Of a DNA stretch of 64,000 nt, positions 55,442-64,000 are shown piece by piece. The translations under genes and the position numbers were made by a program. Source of the stretch: Parcubacteria group bacterium RIFCSPLOWO2_01_FULL_48_18 (GTDB taxonomy: Bacteria > Patescibacteriota > Minisyncoccia > UBA6257 > WO2-01-48-18); NCBI GenBank assembly GCA_001824435.1, contig MHXH01000018.1, forward strand, positions 1,458 through 65,457, given 5' to 3'. The first letter of the stretch is position 1; each line of letters begins with the position of its first letter. The notes under the pieces are model-generated. The model saw nothing but the letters and a program-made list of their open reading frames with translations. It ran no database searches and was not told where the DNA came from.

Positions 55442-56839
55442 TCAGTTTGAACTACGCCACGTTCGCTCGCCCACGCGAACGAAGACAACCCATACGATCA
55501 TACATACAAGGAATGTAACGAACACAATCGCCGCCCTCTGGCCGCCGGTCAACTGAATTTCACTCTTCAGATACAGGAATCCGCCGCCAAAATCATCGAT
55601 GTTATTCGCGGTCATGCTCACGCGCTGAAACTTCGTTGCCGGATTCTTCAACCCCCACAACACGATCTCGAGAACGCCCGTGCCGTGCACGGTACGAATC
55701 TTTGCCCCTGGAAGAAGTTCCGCCCTCATGGAACCGATCACGGAATCCGGATCAAGACGAACGCCCTTCAGGTCGTTCTGCAGCGCAACGAGCATCTGAT
55801 CGTTGCCAAAAGGCATTCCAGTCGTGGCGCGGCCCCAGAGAACGCGTTCACCGTCCTGCGTTCCTAAAACGACAATAATGCTGTTCTTACTCAGGGCATC
55901 TCGTCCGAATACTGTCCGGTTTTGCCAGTGGGCCTTGAGCGCAAGGATATACTCATCCGGGGCCCTCACAATCTCTTCGCTCTTCGCGATGACAAGATGA
56001 AGATCACCCTGCAACTCGGGACCGAGCGCGGCATTCAGGTAATTCAGCGACATCTGCCACGTATTCGCGTTCGAAGGGCGAAACCCGACAAACGATATCT
56101 TGTCTGCCCAATAGAAGTTGTGGATTCCGCTTTGCGGAGAGGGCAACAGGTGTCGCGAAACAAATCGATCGATCTGGCTCGAATACTGTTTCAAAATCGT
56201 AAGATCGCTCGCGAGGATGTAATTCTCATAATTGTTCCGCTTCGTAACCGGTCCTGGCAAGGCCGAGTCGATTCGCGCCTTCGCATCCCTCCAGAAATCC
56301 GGAACGCCTACACCCGCACGATCAATAATGTTCTGCGGGACAGCTTTTTGTTTCCGCCACCGACGAAGATCAGGGTGGTACGGAAAACGGTTCGCCGCAA
56401 TGGTAAAGGGATCCAAGGTGGTATTAACCACAAATGTCCACTCTTCATCACAGTAAGGACAGTCGTGGTAGCATGTATCCCAACAAGTGCTGCAATTTTT
56501 CCCTTCTGAATCGCAATTGCATGGATGCGGATTGCATGGGTAAGAATCGCAGTCGTACTCCCAATAACATGGACCGTCGCGGCTGCACGGGATCTTCTCC
56601 CACACCACGCCGGTTTCCGAACCGTTCCAGTATTCACGGAAGGTGACGTTGTTATTTTTGGCCATACCCCAACCAATCTTTGCGGTAAGGGGTGCCAAAA
56701 CCAAACTGATGACGCTCATGCCGATCGCGTATTCGGTCCACGTAATAGAAAGATAACTGCCATTTCGATCGAGGGTGTATCGGATAATAAGACCGGCGAT
56801 ACCGGCCGCTATAATGCTGCCGAGGATTACGCCGAACAT
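55442..56839 (-). CDS. Membrane protein with an extracytoplasmic cysteine-rich module, hypothetical; transcribed immediately before lemA
   Basis: N- and C-terminal TM helices; CSRDGPCYWEYDCDSYPCNPHPCNCDSEGKNCSTCWDTCYHDCPYCDEEW has 16 Cys in about 50 aa. Confidence 0.5.
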   Translation of the reverse strand: MFGVILGSIIAAGIAGLIIRYTLDRNGSYLSITWTEYAIGMSVISLVLAPLTAKIGWGMAKNNNVTFREYWNGSETGVVWEKIPCSRDGPCYWEYDCDSYPCNPHPCNCDSEGKNCSTCWDTCYHDCPYCDEEWTFVVNTTLDPFTIAANRFPYHPDLRRWRKQKAVPQNIIDRAGVGVPDFWRDAKARIDSALPGPVTKRNNYENYILASDLTILKQYSSQIDRFVSRHLLPSPQSGIHNFYWADKISFVGFRPSNANTWQMSLNYLNAALGPELQGDLHLVIAKSEEIVRAPDEYILALKAHWQNRTVFGRDALSKNSIIVVLGTQDGERVLWGRATTGMPFGNDQMLVALQNDLKGVRLDPDSVIGSMRAELLPGAKIRTVHGTGVLEIVLWGLKNPATKFQRVSMTANNIDDFGGGFLYLKSEIQLTGGQRAAIVFVTFLVCMIVWVVFVRVGERTWRSSN

Positions 56840-56987
56840 AACACATTCCCTCCCTCTGTCGCATCGTTAAATAAGTTTTAAGAATCTAACCCATTATATA
56901 TCCACCGCGGTCCGCCTTGTCAAGTTCGGTCCGGAACCGCAAAGTATTGAAACTATCGAAGAAAGAGGGTACTATACCTGTGTATTA

Positions 56988-57045
56988 AATCTCCAATTCC
57001 CAATTTCCAAACAAAAAGTTTTAAACCCTAGGTTCTAAATTTCAA
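56988..57045. repeat. ATTCCAAAT/ATTCTAAAT-family repeat copy upstream of glmS
   Basis: aaatCTCCAATTCCCAATTTCCAAAcaaaaagttttaaaccctagGTTCTAAATTTCAATgc. Confidence 0.7.
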
Positions 57046-57148
57046 TGCAATCCGCCTTCGCCAAACCGAATCTTGTTTGGCTTCGACGGATGCTGATTTT
57101 TGCAACCGCTCGCGTAGCGCATATCGTGCGCTCGCGGGCAAAAATCGC

Positions 57149-58972
57149 ATGTGCGGCATCGTTGGTTACATTGGTAAACGGCAAGCACTGCCCATAGGAC
57201 TGGCCGGCTTAGAGACTTTAGAATACCGCGGCTATGACAGCGCGGGTTTTGCAATTTGCAATCCGGGCCGCGTAACGCTGGTGAAACAGGTCGGCTACGT
57301 TCAACAACTTAAAGACAAAATCGAAAATCAGAATATAGCCGGCAACCTCTGCATACTCCATACAAGATGGGCAACGCATGGCACCCCGAACGAAGTAAAT
57401 GCGCATCCGCACCATGATTGCGCCGGTCGGGTTTATCTTGTCCATAACGGCATCATTGAAAACTATAAAGAACTCAAGAATTATCTTGGGCAGCGCGGCC
57501 ACGCATTTATTTCAGAAACCGACACCGAGGTCATGCCTCACCTTATCGAAGAGCTCCTTAAGGATGAGAACGATTTCAAGACGGCGCTTTTCAACGCCTT
57601 AAAAATGATCGAGGGGACGTATGCGTTCGCGATCATCAACAAAGAGGATCCGCACACTCTCTATGCCGCACGCCTTTCTTCTCCTCTGGTTATCGGCGTG
57701 GGCAACGAAGAGAACTTTCTGGCATCGGACCCATCAGCGCTCATTGAATCCACCAGAAAGGTCATCTACCTCAAAGACGGCGAAGTGGCGGAAATGACGA
57801 AAGACTCCATTGTCATTACCGACCTTGATCAGCGCCCCACCCCATTAAAAGTCGAACAGTTAGAATGGACTCTCGAGCAGGCGCAAAAAGGCAATTTTCC
57901 ACACTTCATGCTCAAAGAAATTTTCGAGGGACCGGAGGTGGTCAAAGCCGCAATACAAGGACGCCTCAAGCCACGCGAGCATCTTGTAAAATTGGGAGGG
58001 CTTGAGCTTGCGCAAAAAAGACTAAACGCCATGCGCCGTCTTATTATTCTCGCGTGCGGAACTTCATATTATGCAGGCCTTGTCGGCGAATACATTTTTG
58101 AAGAAATTGCAGGAATCCCGACCGAAGTGCATTTTGCTTCAGAATTTCGCTACCGCGAGGAGCCGTTTGAACCCGGAACCGTCGCGCTTGCCATTTCCCA
58201 GTCCGGAGAAACCGCCGATACGCTTGCGGCCCTACGCAAAGCGAAAAAAGCCGGACTACTAACTCTTGGCCTTGTCAATGTCGTGGGTTCGACTATCGCG
58301 CGGGAAACAGATGCAGGGGTATACAACCACGCAGGGCCGGAAATAGGCGTTGCCTCGACCAAGGCATTCCTCTCACAACTCACCACTCTAATACTTATGG
58401 CGCTCTACGTATCCAAAAAACGCGGCGCGTTCCACACGGCGTTGATGCAAGAACTTATGGAAATTCCAAAAAAAATTCAATCGATACTCGACGCATCAGA
58501 ACAAATACAGCAATTGGCGGCCACCTATGCCACGCATTCCAATTTTCTCTTTTTGGGAAGACGATATAATTATCCGGTTGCCCTGGAGGGCGCCTTAAAA
58601 CTCAAAGAAATTTCTTACATCCATGCCGAAGGATACGGCGCCGGGGAAATGAAGCACGGCCCCATCGCAATGGTCGGACCGGATTTTCCAACCATCGCAG
58701 TCGTACCCTCGAACAGCGTATCGGATAAGATGTATTCCAATATCCAGGAAATCAAGGCTCGTCGGGGACCGATGATTGCCGTCGCCACCGAGGGCGACGA
58801 ACACATCTCGTCGCTTGCCGACCATGTGCTGTATATTCCCAAAACCCTCGAGCCGCTTGAACCGCTTCTCTCGATTGTCCCGCTTCAACTGTTCGCATAC
58901 TACATGGGCACCAAACGCGGTTATAATGTAGATAGACCGAGAAATCTCGCAAAAAGCGTTACTGTTGAATAA
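57149..58972 (+). CDS. glmS: Glutamine--fructose-6-phosphate aminotransferase (isomerizing)
   Basis: Start chosen at MCGIVGY (N-terminal nucleophile Cys2); the ORF track begins at 57077 in the same frame. Two SIS domains and the C-terminal ...VDRPRNLAKSVTVE are present. Confidence 0.95.
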   Translation: MCGIVGYIGKRQALPIGLAGLETLEYRGYDSAGFAICNPGRVTLVKQVGYVQQLKDKIENQNIAGNLCILHTRWATHGTPNEVNAHPHHDCAGRVYLVHNGIIENYKELKNYLGQRGHAFISETDTEVMPHLIEELLKDENDFKTALFNALKMIEGTYAFAIINKEDPHTLYAARLSSPLVIGVGNEENFLASDPSALIESTRKVIYLKDGEVAEMTKDSIVITDLDQRPTPLKVEQLEWTLEQAQKGNFPHFMLKEIFEGPEVVKAAIQGRLKPREHLVKLGGLELAQKRLNAMRRLIILACGTSYYAGLVGEYIFEEIAGIPTEVHFASEFRYREEPFEPGTVALAISQSGETADTLAALRKAKKAGLLTLGLVNVVGSTIARETDAGVYNHAGPEIGVASTKAFLSQLTTLILMALYVSKKRGAFHTALMQELMEIPKKIQSILDASEQIQQLAATYATHSNFLFLGRRYNYPVALEGALKLKEISYIHAEGYGAGEMKHGPIAMVGPDFPTIAVVPSNSVSDKMYSNIQEIKARRGPMIAVATEGDEHISSLADHVLYIPKTLEPLEPLLSIVPLQLFAYYMGTKRGYNVDRPRNLAKSVTVE

Positions 58973-58990
58973 GAACCCCTAAAGGGGCGA

Positions 58991-59029
58991 GATTCCAAAT
59001 TCAAGATTCCAGATTCTAAATTCTAAACC
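58991..59029. repeat. ATTCCAAAT/ATTCTAAAT-family repeat copy downstream of glmS
   Basis: GATTCCAAATTCAAGATTCCAGATTCTAAATTCTAAACC. Confidence 0.7.
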
Positions 59030-60421
59030 TTGAACGCTCCTCTTGTTGTCATAGCCGTCATAATAGGTATTGTGATTCTGGTATATGTCGTCAACAACCC
59101 TCCGCCGATTCAGATGCAGGGCGTTGTTGAGGTTGGAAAAAATCAAACCGGGCCTACCGGCGCAAACGAAACTCCGGCGCCGGTCACCGGCGTGGTAGAA
59201 CAATCAACCCCTCCTTCGCGGCCGTCCGCGCAAACAAAAACTCCTCCACCTTCGCGTCCGGCTTCCCCGCAAAAATCCCCTTCGGCGTCCTCCCCGTGCG
59301 AGAAACCGTATATCAACGCATTTATCGGTTGCTATTATACAGGCACTGATCTTGACGAATTTAAATTCAGCCGCATAGATGCGCAAATTAATTTCGACTG
59401 GGGATTTAATGCTCCGGATGAACGCCTGTTTTCCGATATCTTTTCGGTGAAATGGAGCGGCTTTTTTGCTTTTGCGTCCGACACGTACGAATTCCAGGCG
59501 ACGAGCGACGACGGCATGCGGGCTTATGTTGACGGCAAGCTCATTCTCGACAAATGGTTCAAGCAAACACCGACACTCTACCGCGTACAAAAACATCTAA
59601 GCGCGGGCGCGCATACGGTCACGGTTGAATATTATGAAGACGGCGGCGGCGCAGTGGCAAAGCTTTCGTGGATGAAAGCAAACGAAGCCGCAAAAATCGC
59701 TCCACCCTCTCTCGCGTCAGACGCAGTTCCTCCGTCCGGCTTCCAACTGAAAGACCTGTCGCCGTTTTACGGAAAAGCGTGGCTGTCGATCTCTGGCGGA
59801 TGGTGGTACGGCAGCGGCTTTCCGTCAGTAGAGGTTGGATCCCGAGCCGCGAGCGGTGAATCAAAGCTGAACATCACCGGATGGCGAATTAAATCGAATA
59901 GGGACGAAATAACGGTGCCGCAGGCAGTGGAAATAGTGTATCCGGGTGGGGTCGGCGCTGCGCAAGACATCATGCTCGCATCAAATCAATTTGCCCGCAT
60001 CTTTCTCACCGGCGGCAGCGCCGGAAGCCAACTGGGCTATAACATCCGCTTGAATATGTGTACCGGCTATCTCAACGAAACGTACGGCTTTGATCCGGCG
60101 CTCCCCGTCTCCTGTCCGAGACCGTCATGGTCTGACGACGACCACCTTCCCGGTTATTGCCAAGATTACATTGCGCAAATATCCACGTGCACCACGCCGC
60201 AAGACATGCCGCTTTACATACAAAATGAAGAACCATGCCGCAATTTTATAAACGAACGCTTCGGTTATCCCGTCTGTTTTGAACAAAACCGGCTGCGTCC
60301 TAATTTCCTCTCCGATGAATGGCGAGTATATGTTAATCGTTCAAGCATCCTGGATCCCCTACACGACAGAGTTCTTCTGCTCGATAGGAACAGCCTTTTA
60401 GTGGATATGTATACCTATTAA
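59030..60421 (+). CDS. Membrane-anchored PA14-domain protein
   Basis: N-terminal TM; Pro/Ser linker; PA14 block FDWGFNAPDE..FSVKWSGFFAFASDTYEFQATSDDGMRAYVDGKLILDKW..HTVTVEYYEDGG; Cys-rich C-terminal region. Confidence 0.7.
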   Translation: MNAPLVVIAVIIGIVILVYVVNNPPPIQMQGVVEVGKNQTGPTGANETPAPVTGVVEQSTPPSRPSAQTKTPPPSRPASPQKSPSASSPCEKPYINAFIGCYYTGTDLDEFKFSRIDAQINFDWGFNAPDERLFSDIFSVKWSGFFAFASDTYEFQATSDDGMRAYVDGKLILDKWFKQTPTLYRVQKHLSAGAHTVTVEYYEDGGGAVAKLSWMKANEAAKIAPPSLASDAVPPSGFQLKDLSPFYGKAWLSISGGWWYGSGFPSVEVGSRAASGESKLNITGWRIKSNRDEITVPQAVEIVYPGGVGAAQDIMLASNQFARIFLTGGSAGSQLGYNIRLNMCTGYLNETYGFDPALPVSCPRPSWSDDDHLPGYCQDYIAQISTCTTPQDMPLYIQNEEPCRNFINERFGYPVCFEQNRLRPNFLSDEWRVYVNRSSILDPLHDRVLLLDRNSLLVDMYTY

Positions 60422-60631
60422 GGCGTTCGAGCGTCCTGGATCCGTTCCACGACCGAATTCTTCTGCTCGACGGAGCGGAACCCCGTACTGAAAGCCACTC
60501 ATCTATGGGTTTACGCCCGTGGCTTTCTGGTGCGTGGGTAAACGTTTAGTCAATATTCCTACGATCGCAAAGATATTGACTAATGGCACCAGAACTTACG
60601 CAGTTGTCAGTAGCAATTCAAATCCTGCAGA

Positions 60632-61678
60632 TCATTTTCTCTCGGCGAGCGTTACCGGAATTTTCATCTCTTTGCCCTTGCGCATGACGGTAAGGGCAAT
60701 GACGTCTCCCACGCCATATTCATCCAAATGGTCCTGGAGGGTTTTTTCGGCAGTAAGTTTTTGGCCGTTGCACGCAATCACAATATCTTTTTCTTTCACG
60801 CCTGCCTGATCCGCGGGAGAGCCGGGTATAACCCCATAATCCGACGGCCCTTCTTTAATGACATACGCTCCGTGGTCAACGGGCAGTGTATACTTCTTCT
60901 GCAACTTCTCGTCCAAAATAAGATATCTCAAACCGAGCAGCGGCCTCCTGATGCGTCCGTACGTTTGCAAATCAGCGAGGTCGCGTTTTGCGGTATCTAT
61001 AGGAATTGCAAAGCTGATATTCTGCGCGCCGGATATCACCGCGGCGTTTATGCCGATTACTTTCCCTTCAATGTCCACAAGCGGTCCTCCCGAGTTTCCG
61101 GGATTGATTGCGGCATCGGTCTGAATGAGTCCGCGCAATTCCTGCGCCGGCCCTGTCGGGTCCGGACGAGCGGAAATATACCGCGAGAGTCCGGAAACAA
61201 TTCCGGCGGAAACCGTATTCTTGAAAAGGCCGAGCGCGTTTCCGACGGCAATTACCGTTTGCCCCAATTCAAGATCGGAAGAGTTTCCGAGTTCGATAAC
61301 GGGCAAATGTTCCGCCGCAATTTTTATTATCGCGACATCATTGATCGGATCGCGTGCCAATATTTGAGCCGGATACTTCTCGCCGGTATCAAGAAGCACC
61401 GTGTACTCTGCTTTTCCTTCGGAAACCACGTGTTTATTGGTAAGAATGATCCCGTCCTTATCGACGACAAAGCCGGAGCCGCCGCCGACGCGCACCCGAC
61501 CATCGGCTTCCACCTCCTCTTCCGGCACCTGCAATTTTCCTCCTTGGTGCGGAAGATACGGCAGTAGTTCTGCCGGCACCTCTTTTTCAACCTCTTCCAG
61601 CGTCTTCGTCACTACGATCGAAACAACCGCGGGCATCACTTTTTTTATTGCGTCAATAACAGGAGATGATTCCTTCAT
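60632..61678 (-). CDS. htrA: HtrA/DegP-family serine protease with one PDZ domain
   Basis: Catalytic His in TNKHVV, catalytic Ser in GNSGGPL, C-terminal PDZ. Confidence 0.9.
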   Translation of the reverse strand: MKESSPVIDAIKKVMPAVVSIVVTKTLEEVEKEVPAELLPYLPHQGGKLQVPEEEVEADGRVRVGGGSGFVVDKDGIILTNKHVVSEGKAEYTVLLDTGEKYPAQILARDPINDVAIIKIAAEHLPVIELGNSSDLELGQTVIAVGNALGLFKNTVSAGIVSGLSRYISARPDPTGPAQELRGLIQTDAAINPGNSGGPLVDIEGKVIGINAAVISGAQNISFAIPIDTAKRDLADLQTYGRIRRPLLGLRYLILDEKLQKKYTLPVDHGAYVIKEGPSDYGVIPGSPADQAGVKEKDIVIACNGQKLTAEKTLQDHLDEYGVGDVIALTVMRKGKEMKIPVTLAERK

Positions 61679-61937
61679 GATGCTTTTTTTATAATTTACG
61701 TCACGTCCGTCTCGACTCGCGTCAGCGAAGTTGGGCCGGATCGAAGGAGAAACAGATCGCTCGCCCCTTATCCCTGTCCCTTGTCACTATTGATGATATC
61801 ACATGGCCGGCTTCGTTGAAACGCCACGGCCGAGGAATATCACGCGCAGAGGAATCACCACCTTCATCCGTGCAACAAGCTGCTGGATATTCTGGAAAAA
61901 CAATAACCCCGATTAACCATCAAGGTTTCTTAACCCG

Positions 61938-61978
61938 ATAAAAATCAGTTCCGATGAGACCGAAACTGATTTTTTATT
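61938..61978 (-). terminator. Rho-independent terminator downstream of the surface-protein gene 62008..64000
   Basis: AAAAATCAGTT...AACTGATTTTT hairpin with flanking A and T runs. Confidence 0.5.
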
Positions 61979-62007
61979 GCGCAGCCCCGCTAATCTACAT
62001 AGCCTGC

Positions 62008-64000
62008 CTATTCGATGAGGCTGTTTATTTTCGCCCGCGTCGCCACACCCACAAATCCGTTGCCGGCGCCTAGTCCATTCGGAGTAAGAATTTCAGACGC
62101 ATACTTTTCTTGGAATTTCATCACCGCAGCTTTGGTAAGCGGACCAAGGTACCCGGTTATCTCTCCGGTCGGATACACTCCTTCGTCTTTGAGCAGCTGC
62201 TGAAGCGTTTTTACGTCGTCGCCGCGGGATCCTGCCGTAAGATTTCTCTCAAGACGCCGGAGCGCTGTTTTTAGTCCCGGAACCGAAGGCAATTTCTCAA
62301 CTAAACCGCGCAGCTGGGCCAGCGCGTTCAGTTTAAGTCGCGTAAGCGAGCCCACAAAGCCAGTACCCCTCAAAACTCCGGCCGGTTTCAAAACCTCGGA
62401 ATTATATTTTTCTTGAAGTCGCGCTACGGCTGTCTGCGTGAGCGGACCGAATGTACCCGTAACAAGGCCTTCCGGATACACTCCTTCTATTTTCAAAAGC
62501 TCTTGCAATTTCTTTACGTCCTCTCCCCGATCGCCTAACTTAAGACTTCTCGCAAACACCGATACCAATGAGGGGGGAAACGGTAGTACAGTAACCGTAG
62601 AAGAAGAAACCTCTTTTGCAGACGTTTTGCTCGGCGTTCCGACAACAGTTGCGGCAACCTGATTCACGTTCGGCGACTCATTGCCCGCAGAATCTACGGC
62701 GCGAACAATATAATAGTATGTGACGCCGCCTGTAAGTCCTGTATCCTTCTGGGAGGCGCCGGTTACATTGTTATATACGACAGCTCCAGGTTCTCCTTTT
62801 TTCTCCGAACGATACATCTTTGCATACTTAAAATCTTTAGCCGGATTCTGCCATGAAATAAGGACTACGCCCGCTTCCGAATTTGAAAGCGTGACACCAG
62901 CGGGTGCCTCTGGCGCAGTACTGTCCGCACTTCCTATAATCGCAAACCGCGTAAGATGATCGACGAGGGCCGTCACCACATTATTGGTTTTGTCCACAGC
63001 CGACTGGTCCAATTCGCGCCATGAATCGGTTGTTTCGTCCCAGAACGCGGCCTTAAGCTGATCCTCTGTAATGCCGTACTGCACTAGCAGATCGTCGGTA
63101 TATGGAATTTCTACGGTTGCGCCTTGATTTAATTTAGTCACCAGCGACCCTGCCGTATCTCGCGCTTCAATATTGTATGCCACGCCTATCACCTGACTGG
63201 TACCCTGCGAAGGAGCCTCGGCATCCGGAGTAATGCTCACCGTCACCGTACCTCCGGTGGCAACCGCAGACCCGGGAAGCGTAAGCGCAGTACCATTTGC
63301 AGTTTCCACATATGCTGCGCCGGATGCGTCTATTTTCTTTATTTCAGGCGGCGGCAGTACAAATTCAAACAAGGACAACACAAGGTCTTGAACCACGTTC
63401 GCATCAATAACCTCAATCTGCAACTCGCTACTCTTATAAGGTTTTCCCTCTAATTCTTTGCCCGCCCTCACTCGCCAGGGTCCGGCTGCTACTTTTAAGG
63501 AATAGACCCCATTTTGGTCTGTCCGCGCTTCTGAAAATCCGCCTTGTTCTGACCATCCCCACACAAACGCATTCGCGACTCCCTTATCCTCAAGCAACAC
63601 GCGGCCGGAAATCATCAATCCCGCGGACCGAAACGCCAAATTGACAGTAGCCACCCCTCCTCCTGATACAGAGAACTCCTGCTCGAGAGGATTCAAAAGG
63701 CCAGAATCAAACGGCACAAATGCATTCACATAGTACGTTCCTGCCGGCACGCTTACCTTGTATGTGCCGTCGCTCGCGGTTTCTGTTCCTGCAACAAATA
63801 CGTTATACGCAGGAGGCGATCCATATCCTCCTGCTAAACTTACCTTGGCAATCTTCACAAAAGCACCTGGCGCCGGCTCGCCGTTCGGTTTAGTCGCTTT
63901 TCCGCTCACGGTTGCGTCCGCTTTAACTACCGTGAAGTCCCGGCTCGCTTGTGCTCCTTTAGCAACTATCACGGTTACTTCCCCTTTCTGCACAGAATAA
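62008..64000 (-). CDS. Large secreted surface protein, C-terminal 660+ aa (open to the window edge): CarboxypepD_reg-like domains, FN3 domain, two C-terminal PG_binding_1 repeats
   Basis: Reading frame open through 64000 (...YSVQKGEV...); FN3-like PEAPAGVTLSNSEAGVVLISWQNP...YYYIVRAVDSAGNES; C-terminal 2x LKLGDRGEDVKKLQELLKIEGVYPEGLVTGTFGPLTQTAVARLQ. Confidence 0.8.
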   Translation of the reverse strand, partial: YSVQKGEVTVIVAKGAQASRDFTVVKADATVSGKATKPNGEPAPGAFVKIAKVSLAGGYGSPPAYNVFVAGTETASDGTYKVSVPAGTYYVNAFVPFDSGLLNPLEQEFSVSGGGVATVNLAFRSAGLMISGRVLLEDKGVANAFVWGWSEQGGFSEARTDQNGVYSLKVAAGPWRVRAGKELEGKPYKSSELQIEVIDANVVQDLVLSLFEFVLPPPEIKKIDASGAAYVETANGTALTLPGSAVATGGTVTVSITPDAEAPSQGTSQVIGVAYNIEARDTAGSLVTKLNQGATVEIPYTDDLLVQYGITEDQLKAAFWDETTDSWRELDQSAVDKTNNVVTALVDHLTRFAIIGSADSTAPEAPAGVTLSNSEAGVVLISWQNPAKDFKYAKMYRSEKKGEPGAVVYNNVTGASQKDTGLTGGVTYYYIVRAVDSAGNESPNVNQVAATVVGTPSKTSAKEVSSSTVTVLPFPPSLVSVFARSLKLGDRGEDVKKLQELLKIEGVYPEGLVTGTFGPLTQTAVARLQEKYNSEVLKPAGVLRGTGFVGSLTRLKLNALAQLRGLVEKLPSVPGLKTALRRLERNLTAGSRGDDVKTLQQLLKDEGVYPTGEITGYLGPLTKAAVMKFQEKYASEILTPNGLGAGNGFVGVATRAKINSLIE

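Noticed and set aside
56880-57148. glmS ribozyme upstream of glmS
   Set aside because: The region has some GC-rich palindromes (GCGCTCGCG, GTGCGCTCGCGGGC), but I cannot match the conserved glmS ribozyme core by eye, and the element is characteristic of Firmicutes; this is left unsupported pending an Rfam scan.
57077-57148. 24-codon N-terminal extension of glmS
   Set aside because: GlmS requires Cys as the first residue after Met removal; MCGIVGY at 57149 fits, and the upstream in-frame segment (MASTDADFCNRSRSAY...) overlaps the repeat element.
60728-61567. 279-aa plus-strand ORF
   Set aside because: It is antisense to htrA, which has a clear catalytic triad and PDZ domain.
1-64000. Alternative genetic code (UGA recoded to Gly, as in SR1 and Gracilibacteria)
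   Set aside because: Long conserved genes (ftsH, gyrA, leuS, recG, glmS) are intact under the standard code, and TGA occurs as a terminator at positions consistent with homologs and with ATGA stop-start coupling.

Overview
This 64-kb window reads as part of a small-genome bacterium, most likely CPR/Patescibacteria-like. Core genes are compact (a 497-aa IF-2, a 559-aa Rel). There are many secreted cell-wall-binding surface proteins and pilin-like genes, Shine-Dalgarno signals are weak, and the standard genetic code holds, with TGA used as a stop. Housekeeping genes recognised: ftsH, pilT, three tRNA-Leu, tRNA-Cys, rbfA, infB, rpsA (S1), gyrA, rel/spoT, rluD-like, recG, leuS, sppA, lemA, glmS, htrA, tatD. 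The accessory-looking content includes a giant roughly 2750-aa surface protein and two paralogs ending in tandem peptidoglycan-binding domains. There is also a tandem array of six TrbC/VirB2-like pilin paralogs. The outstanding feature is a tight minus-strand cluster at 16668-22267. It encodes a ubiquitin-like protein ending in GG-K, a ThiF/MoeB-type E1, a JAB/JAMM protease, a 417-aa protein with an E2-like HPH-x8-Cys motif, then a classical AAA ATPase and a ClpP-family peptidase. This looks like a eukaryote-like Ubl conjugation system coupled to a proteasome-like unfoldase-protease pair. Other notable points follow. LeuS is 1256 aa and carries an alpha/beta-hydrolase domain and a Nudix domain inserted in and around its editing domain. 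LeuS also carries in-frame low-complexity inserts made of a dispersed ATTCCAAAT-type short repeat that flanks glmS as well. A 186-bp inverted-repeat element sits between the giant gene and ftsH. The tRNA-Cys locus has a tandem 30-bp repeat and a tRNA fragment. There is a membrane-anchored MoxR-VWA module. All calls come from reading the sequence and motif recognition; no database searches were run.
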